Shown: positions 59,101-64,000 of the stretch, piece by piece
How positions within the stretch are numbered: position 1 is the first letter of the stretch
Layout of the letters: every line of letters begins with the position of its first letter
Assembly: GCA_037439945.1 (NCBI GenBank)
Contig: JBBIVA010000004.1
Location: 1,309-65,308, forward strand
Direction: 5' to 3'
Source: Marinilabiliaceae bacterium
GTDB taxonomy: Bacteria; Bacteroidota; Bacteroidia; Bacteroidales; Marinilabiliaceae
DNA length: 64,000 bases
Translations under genes and position numbers: made by a program
Notes under the pieces: model-generated
The model's database searches: none
The model's input: only the letters and a program-made list of their open reading frames with translations
What the model was told of the DNA's origin: nothing

Positions 59101-60584
59101 TTATAGGGCCGATTGAAGATTTAATAAGTAAATCCAAACTGGATACTTCCGACAGGCAAAAATTGGAAATTATCAGGCGAAATGGAAAAAGAATGCTAAA
59201 CCTTACAAATCAATTGCTGGATTTCAGAAAAATCCAAAACAATAAAATGGTTTTAAAGATAAGTGAATTTGATATTGTGGGTTTTACACGTAACATTTTT
59301 GAAAGTTTTGAGCTCCTGGCCCAACATAAAAACATTAACTACAATTTTAATACAAACATCGATAGTTTCTATATCTGGGGCGACCCATCAAAACTGGATA
59401 TTGTAATTTACAATATCATTTCAAACGCGTTAAAATTCACAGAAGCAAATAAATCTGTGAATATAACCCTCGAAAAAAAAATAAACACTGATTTATTTGA
59501 AATTAAAATTTCAGATGAAGGCAGGGGTATACCAAAGGAGCACCTTCCGGAATTATTTGAGAGATATACAATATTAAGTGGTAAGGAATTGGCCGGAACC
59601 GGCATTGGCTTATCACTGGCAAATGAACTAATTAAACTGCATAACGGTGAAATTGATGTATTATCTGAACCAGGAAAAGGAAGTTCATTTATTGTTAAAT
59701 TAAAAACAGGAAAAGAACACTTTGGTTTATCTGATAAAATTATTTTTTCAGGCAAAAATGAAAATACTCATCCAAAGCATGAACCAACTGAAACAATTGA
59801 TATTGAGAGTTTATCCGAAGATGATAACTTAGGTGAAAAAGCTAAACCCATGGTATTGGTGGTTGAAGACAACCATGAAATCAGGGAATATATTAAACAG
59901 TCACTGAGCCCTGAATTTGTTTGTTGCACAGCTGAAAACGGGCAGGAAGCAATTAATTTTATTAATATTCAGAATCCTGATTTAATAATCTCAGATATTA
60001 TGATGCCGGTTATGGATGGTTTGGAAATGACCCGGCATATTAAAGAAAATTTTCAAACATCACATATACCAGTTATTTTATTAACATCAAAAACAGGCCT
60101 TAACGACCAGATAACAGGTATCGAAACCGGTGCAGAGGCATATATAACCAAACCCTTTAATTCAGGTTATTTAAAAGCTATGGTAGGAAACCTTTTGGAA
60201 CAAAGAAGAAATATAATCACAAGGTTTCATGAAAATAAAACAATAGATCCCTCAGCAAAGATCGTAAACTCTAAGGATGAAGAGTTTATCAAACAATTGG
60301 TTGGTTATATTGAAGATAATTATTCGGAAGAATTTTCAATTGAATCACTGGCTGAAAAAATGTGCGTAAGCCGGACGGTGTTTTATAATAAAGTTAAAGG
60401 GTTGACAGGCTTAAGCCCAGTTGAATTTGTGCGTGAATTGAAGCTTAAAATTGCCGCCCAGTTTATTAGCCAGGGTTATAATGTTTCAGAAGCTGCAATG
60501 AAGGTTGGCTTTTCAGATGCAAGATATTTTAGCCGTCAATTTAAGGCTCTATTTGGCTATTTACCCAGTAAACATTCCAAATAA
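56184..60584 (+). CDS. hybrid two-component system regulator (beta-propeller sensor, HisKA/HATPase, REC, AraC HTH)
   Basis: Repeated GLW.GT propeller motifs, one TM segment, the H-box FFTNISHEIRTPLT, the REC motif DLIISDIMMPVMDG, and a C-terminal AraC-type HTH. ATG 56184 is preferred over TTG 56169. Confidence 0.9.
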   Translation: MLYKLLIKNKTILSLLTFLVEIAIPFQIYGGEILRFEHFNTLRGLSQNSVSCILCDSQGFLWIGTNNGLNRYDGNKFRVFLNEQEGVRNFTHNRITRLWEDLRGFIWFETHDGYYHFFNPVTEKFISLSSTIAKSEEKHYHFSDYLQYSKDEIWLGLSDKGVLRLVYDETIDNYKITSFSSRGISSISNDQVSFVRKDENGNIWIGTAMGLTLVEKETLALPTPRFQHMFITNSFKDYIETASELWFATDDAGILKSQKQGQQYTYINTHNTPSLKSNDIVKLFKTKSGAILVAMRNNGIQVLKKTNQDWVPVSVHGNQINQIYEDKYGLLWITTENFGVSAVNTKTWTTDFYRFFNPGAGTVPDLERHVFYEDKKNNLWIGTHEGGLNIFDRDNNRFTQYKNNPSNPNSLSSNIVMAITEDHSGQLWVGTGQLQGSLERVVLKEPAFENLLPDRRINHISDNIVRALFEDSQKRLWVGTKAGRIHVYENGAPVIVFEQLKTINGNVTGISPYAFHVDKKGFFWVGSKGKGVFVSRQPLNSYKNLNNIVFVNYQQIAGDSTSLSNNNVYSFVTDPNGNLWIGTYGNGLNLVTENENSERKFIRINTNNSSLSSDLVRNLLIDRKSRLWIATGYGLNLIEKIPTDNTQPIIRNFLSSQNSKDGISLNDIIHLYEDSKGDIWAATFGGGINRLKELNAEKATFEAFNQFNGLSHNVVYGILEDNDGYLWFSSENGLSRLNKQHRSFEVFNSNNGLNFNPFSENTCVKSHDGRLMFGGFLGVEIISPKKLITTPWQNNIQLTGFQLFNKDVSIGLGSPLSKSISFTEKITLSNVQSSFSFEYSAMDLLDPEKNQYSYKLENFDPDWNFVGNQRKATFTNLSPGKYIFRVKASNRAGQWMTNERFVQIEILPPWYKTIWAFIIYSGVLVLLFFIVFRTISKINHYRNELKIERRVNDMKLRFFTNISHEIRTPLTLIIGPIEDLISKSKLDTSDRQKLEIIRRNGKRMLNLTNQLLDFRKIQNNKMVLKISEFDIVGFTRNIFESFELLAQHKNINYNFNTNIDSFYIWGDPSKLDIVIYNIISNALKFTEANKSVNITLEKKINTDLFEIKISDEGRGIPKEHLPELFERYTILSGKELAGTGIGLSLANELIKLHNGEIDVLSEPGKGSSFIVKLKTGKEHFGLSDKIIFSGKNENTHPKHEPTETIDIESLSEDDNLGEKAKPMVLVVEDNHEIREYIKQSLSPEFVCCTAENGQEAINFINIQNPDLIISDIMMPVMDGLEMTRHIKENFQTSHIPVILLTSKTGLNDQITGIETGAEAYITKPFNSGYLKAMVGNLLEQRRNIITRFHENKTIDPSAKIVNSKDEEFIKQLVGYIEDNYSEEFSIESLAEKMCVSRTVFYNKVKGLTGLSPVEFVRELKLKIAAQFISQGYNVSEAAMKVGFSDARYFSRQFKALFGYLPSKHSK

Positions 60585-60734
60585 TACCTGCAAAAAAATA
60601 AAATACACTACCCTTAAATATTCTTTAATCAACAACGGTTTTAAACCCCGTACTTATAGCTTAAAAGCGATTTTTAATATAAACCCGGATTTGTCGTTAG
60701 CTGTATTTACTAATAACGTCCATTAAAAACCACC

Positions 60735-60914
60735 AGACTAAGTTGTTGTCAATAACACTTAATACATCAAACCGCTTACATAAAACTATAAATTGTTATC
60801 AGAAATGCTTACAATTTATGTTTTTCTAAATGGAACCTTTACCGAACATCCGCCAGGGTTAATCCCGGCTAAGCCATTAGTTCAGTGCATCCCTAATAAC
60901 TTAGCCGTGATAAA
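60735..60914 (+). repeat. family-2 region, orphan third copy (Y) between convergent genes
   Basis: AAAACTATAAATTGTTATCAGAAATGCTTAC (60782-60812) and CCCGGCTAAGCCATTAGTTCAGTGCATCCCTAATAAC (60864-60900) match the reverse complement of 40228-40260 and 40141-40177. Confidence 0.65.
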
Positions 60915-62462
60915 TTATAATTTTAACCTGGCTGCCAAAACCCACGGACTTACCTGACGGATGCTGTTGATGGCATACCTTGCGCCATTTTCGCCTTCCA
61001 TTGCAGCAACTGCAGCCGTAATAACTGCTACATCATCATTATTATCCGAACTAACTTCAATTTCCTGTTTAGATTCAGTACCGGCCTTTTTTTGTTCAGG
61101 TTCAATTTGTTGGTTAAGTGTCCCATCTTTACGCATCTTAAAGAATTTCTCAGCCACCTGGGGCAATAATGCATAGGTTAAAACATCTTCATCCTGAATG
61201 ATATAATCCTTTATTTTTTCTTTTGTTTTTTCCAGTTCAGGTTCAAGCAAATCTGCCGGACGACAAGTGATTGGCCCCTCATCGCCCAATATTTTTTTTG
61301 TCAGCTCAGTGCTTATAGGGGCAGGAGTCCGGCCATATTCGCCCTTTACAATTCCTTTAGACTCTTTAGGTACCATTTTGTACCTTTCGCCCATCAGAAC
61401 ATTAAATACAGCCTGTGTACCAACAATCTGGCTCGATGGGGTTACCAAGGGCGGGTATCCAAAATCTTTTCTTACTCTGGGTACTTCTTGCAAAACTTCA
61501 TCGTACTTATCAAGGGCATTTGATTGTTTCAACTGTGATATCAAATTTGAAATCATTCCACCCGGAACCTGGTAAATTAGGGCATTTACATCAATTCCCA
61601 TAACCTTAGGGTCAAGAAGCCCGCTTTCAATCCATTTATCCTTCATTGGCCTGAAATATTCAGCAATTTCACTAAGTTTTACCAAGTCGAGACCTGAATC
61701 ACGTTCTGTACCTTGTATAGAGGCAACCAAAGGTTCTGTGGCAGGTTGTGATGTGCCTAAAGCCATTGGGGAGATGGCCGTATCAACCACATCAACCCCG
61801 GCTTCAATGGCTTTTAAAAGGGTCATTGACGCTAAACCACTGGTATAGTGGGTATGCAACTGAACAGGAAGCTTTATCTTGGATTTTATCGCTTTAACCA
61901 ATTCATAGGCATCGTAGGGTTTTAATAAACCGGCCATATCCTTGATACAAATAGAGTGTGCACCCATATCCTCAAAAATTTTCGCATCCTGAACGAATAG
62001 GTCAAATTTGTGTACCGGACTGGTAGTATATGAAATACAAGCCTGGGCATGGCCCCCTTCTTTAATACAGGCTTTTATTGACTTTTCAATATTTCTGTGA
62101 TCATTAAGGGCATCGAAAATACGGATAATATCCATTCCGTTGGCCACAGCTTTCTGAACAAAATACTCGACAACATCATCTGCATAGTGTTTATAACCTA
62201 AAAGGTTCTGGCCCCTTAACAACATTTGCAATGGGGTATTTTTTGCAAGTGCCTTTATTTTTCTCAGCCTGTCCCATGGATCTTCGTTTAAAAATCTGAT
62301 ACATGCATCAAATGTTGCCCCACCCCAGGCTTCCAAAGAATGATAACCAATATTGTCAAGTTTTTCTATAATGGGCAACATCTCTTCGGTTCTCATACGG
62401 GTAGCTATTAACGATTGGTGTGCATCCCTAAGAACTGTTTCTGTTATTCTTACCTTATTCAT
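60915..62462 (-). CDS. oxaloacetate decarboxylase alpha / pyruvate carboxylase B-type carboxyltransferase (5S) without biotinyl domain
   Basis: 515 aa. ITETVLRDAHQSL and IKDMAGLL motifs. No AMKM motif. C-terminal DDVAVITAAVAAMEG....INSIRQVSPW tail. Confidence 0.85.
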   Translation of the reverse strand: MNKVRITETVLRDAHQSLIATRMRTEEMLPIIEKLDNIGYHSLEAWGGATFDACIRFLNEDPWDRLRKIKALAKNTPLQMLLRGQNLLGYKHYADDVVEYFVQKAVANGMDIIRIFDALNDHRNIEKSIKACIKEGGHAQACISYTTSPVHKFDLFVQDAKIFEDMGAHSICIKDMAGLLKPYDAYELVKAIKSKIKLPVQLHTHYTSGLASMTLLKAIEAGVDVVDTAISPMALGTSQPATEPLVASIQGTERDSGLDLVKLSEIAEYFRPMKDKWIESGLLDPKVMGIDVNALIYQVPGGMISNLISQLKQSNALDKYDEVLQEVPRVRKDFGYPPLVTPSSQIVGTQAVFNVLMGERYKMVPKESKGIVKGEYGRTPAPISTELTKKILGDEGPITCRPADLLEPELEKTKEKIKDYIIQDEDVLTYALLPQVAEKFFKMRKDGTLNQQIEPEQKKAGTESKQEIEVSSDNNDDVAVITAAVAAMEGENGARYAINSIRQVSPWVLAARLKL

Positions 62463-62599
62463 AATAAATTAATAAAAAACACTCAGACGGAACCATATTA
62501 TCTAGTACCTGTAAATTATTCCTCTGATCAATGTTAAATACAACAATATATTTATGTCACAAATAGAAAGGTTAAAAACAAATGCATACAGAATAAAAA

Positions 62600-62974
62600 C
62601 TACTCTATAATAATAAGTACTTCTCCTGCAGAAATTACAGCGCCTTCTGACGTTTTAACTTCTGAAACAACCCCATCAATTGGTGATGTTAAGTCATTTT
62701 CCATTTTCATTGCCTCAAAAACCAAAAGTTTCTGTCCTTTTTTTACAACATCACCGGGCGAAACAAAGACCTTAATTACACTACCTGGCATTATAGCAGT
62801 CACTTTATTTCCTTTTAATGGTGCTTTATTTTCTTTAAGGTTTGAACTTGAAATATAGGGTTTTAGCCTTGGGGCAGCATTTATTGTTTCTGTTGCCTTG
62901 GCGGCTCCGGCTTTTATTTCAACTACTTCAACCTCGTATTGGGTTTGATTAACTGTTATGAGATACCTTTTCAT
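62600..62974 (-). CDS. biotin carboxyl carrier (biotinyl domain) protein
   Basis: EAMKMEN biotinylation motif. Start is set at MKRYLITVNQ (ATG 62972-62974) because the ORF-track N-terminal extension translates a family-1 repeat module. Confidence 0.8.
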   Translation of the reverse strand: MKRYLITVNQTQYEVEVVEIKAGAAKATETINAAPRLKPYISSSNLKENKAPLKGNKVTAIMPGSVIKVFVSPGDVVKKGQKLLVFEAMKMENDLTSPIDGVVSEVKTSEGAVISAGEVLIIIE

Positions 62975-63014
62975 CCGTAAAAAATTTTTAGTTTTATTGT
63001 TGGATAGTTTGACC
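62972..63014 (-). repeat. family-1 right-end module abutting the biotin-carrier start codon
   Basis: CATCCGTAAAAAATTTTTAGTTTTATTGTTGGATAGTTTGACC parallels CATCCGTAAATAATTTTTAGTTTAATGTCGCATAGCTTGACC at 1364-1405. Confidence 0.6.
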
Positions 63015-63134
63015 TTTACCCAGGTACGTTTGCCTTTATCAAGGTCATTGCCTATCACTACTTTTGTAATTAAAATATTGTTCAAATTATGCGTATTTGC
63101 TCTTCTGCCCTGGTCTAAAAACCTTTTAATTTTT

Positions 63135-63257
63135 CAACCGTAAATAACTTGTTTTTGAATTGTCGGATAGCCTGTCCCGACTATTCGGGAATTACCAATT
63201 AACAAAATTTACAAAAGGAATGTTCCGGCCTAACTATTAAAAAATTTTATTCGGATG
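63135..63257. repeat. composite of family-1 fragments in both orientations
   Basis: A reverse-oriented right-end module (CCGTAAATAACTTGTTTTTGAATTGTCGGATAGCC) is fused to a forward hairpin segment (CTGTCCCGACTATTCGGGAA). That is followed by a forward right end (AAAAAATTTTATTCGGATG). Confidence 0.5.
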
Positions 63258-63430
63258 AAACACCAATGTTTGTAAAAACAACTTGTCCCGACTTTTCGGT
63301 AAACACCTGTGAATCGAAGATCGATGAAGTCAAAATAGCAAAGATGGAGTTCTACCGTAAAAACGGGACAACCTGTTCCGCAACGCGGAAAGCTATCCGA
63401 ACTTAATCAAAAATTTATTTACGAATGAAA
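63255..63430 (+). repeat. family-1 dispersed repeat, full copy with no downstream gene
   Basis: ATGAAACACCAATGTTTGTAAAAACAACTTGTCCCGACTTTTCGG ... GCTATCCGAACTTAATCAAAAATTTATTTACGAATGAAA. Only ATG AAA ATT AAT CTG TAA follows. Confidence 0.8.
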
Positions 63431-63768
63431 ATTAATCTGTAAATGGTTTCTGATTTTGATGGTCATTTCAAAAAACAACTTCATGACTTATCCACCACAA
63501 CTTAGTTTTTATAATTTTAATCAACCACCACAAAAATAGTTTATTAGAGTGAAAAAACTACATTAATAGTTTTTTCAGGGACTATAATTAATTGATTTTA
63601 CAGTTAGTTTCTTCTCAACTGGTTGAAAATGAATAGAGAAAAAAATCTTTAATTAAAGTTAAATTAATTGGTTGATAATCTTTATGAAAAATAATGCGGG
63701 GGGGGGTAGCCAATAAAAAAAGTGATAGGGGGGATATTATGGACTAAGATAAAAAAATGAATTGTTAT

Positions 63769-63983
63769 CACTACTATCCGATAAAAAGTTGTTTTGTCCC
63801 TAACGGGACAAAAGTTCAATTCTCAATTAGGTGTTTTACCGATATTCTGTACCTAACGGCACTGTGCCGTCAGGTACAGAATATCGGTAAAGTTGAATCG
63901 ACCCCAATTTTCAGTGTCCTGAAGGGACACCGCAATTAGTTGGCATTATAGTATGTTATCGAAAAATTTATCGGACAGTAGTG
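63769..63983. mobile_element. MITE-like element (about 215 bp) with 17-bp terminal inverted repeats and 9-bp flanking direct repeat
   Basis: The TIRs are CACTACTATCCGATAAA (63769-63785) and TTTATCGGACAGTAGTG (63967-63983), matching 16/17. AATTGTTAT lies immediately outside both ends (63760-63768 and 63984-63992). The interior is filled with hairpins, including a 19-bp perfect stem at 63836-63854 / 63872-63890. Confidence 0.65.
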
Positions 63984-64000
63984 AATTGTTATAAAAAGAT

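Noticed and set aside
62975-63085. N-terminal extension of the biotin-carrier ORF (MNNILITKVV...)
   Set aside because: The extension is a translation of a family-1 repeat module. The internal ATG at 62972-62974 sits exactly where the repeat ends in the other copies, and it gives a normal-length carrier protein.
63757-63939. 60-aa plus-strand ORF
   Set aside because: It lies inside the MITE-like element and spans its long perfect hairpins, so it is not a plausible gene.
1-64000. Looked for CRISPR arrays, rRNA, tRNA or tmRNA genes
   Set aside because: No regularly spaced direct repeats of 25-40 bp, and no G+C-rich cloverleaf-like or rRNA-like segments, were seen by eye in any intergenic region. 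The G+C-richer patch at 16000-16560 does not fold as a tRNA.

Overview
Low-GC, Bacteroidota-type chromosomal window with no rRNA, tRNA or CRISPR array that I could recognise. 0-13.3 kb holds housekeeping or miscellaneous genes: an SSB-like fragment, DUF3127, cyclophilin, mscL, two FKBP isomerases, mnmD, a transaldolase-family gene, a PepSY membrane protein, an RRM protein and a CDF transporter. 13.4-16.6 kb is a small accessory patch. It carries a 5'-truncated RHS protein with an HExxH C-terminal toxin module, an overlapping secreted candidate immunity gene, and a G+C-richer stretch with a structured element and a frameshifted XRE-like gene. 16.8-60.6 kb is a large pectin/hexuronate utilisation region. 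It contains kduI-kdgF-kduD, uxaC-kdgK-eda-uxuB, a second pfkB kinase, a LarA-like protein, gnd, TRAP dctPQM, uxaE, two LacI regulators, two GH28, PL1, GH105, GH43, CE8, CE12, SusC/SusD, a beta-helix surface lipoprotein and a hybrid two-component regulator. 60.9-63.0 kb encodes a carboxyltransferase and a biotin carrier. Four things look most unusual. First, a dispersed structured repeat ends exactly on the ATG of unrelated genes, with at least 8 full or partial copies. Second, a MITE-like element shows terminal inverted repeats and a 9-bp duplication. Third, about 200 bp of upstream region is duplicated, with an orphan third copy. Fourth, the uxuB / pfkB kinase / LarA-like / gnd block suggests a mannonate to gluconate to 6-phosphogluconate branch of hexuronate catabolism. 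All functional calls come from reading translated motifs by eye; no database search was run.
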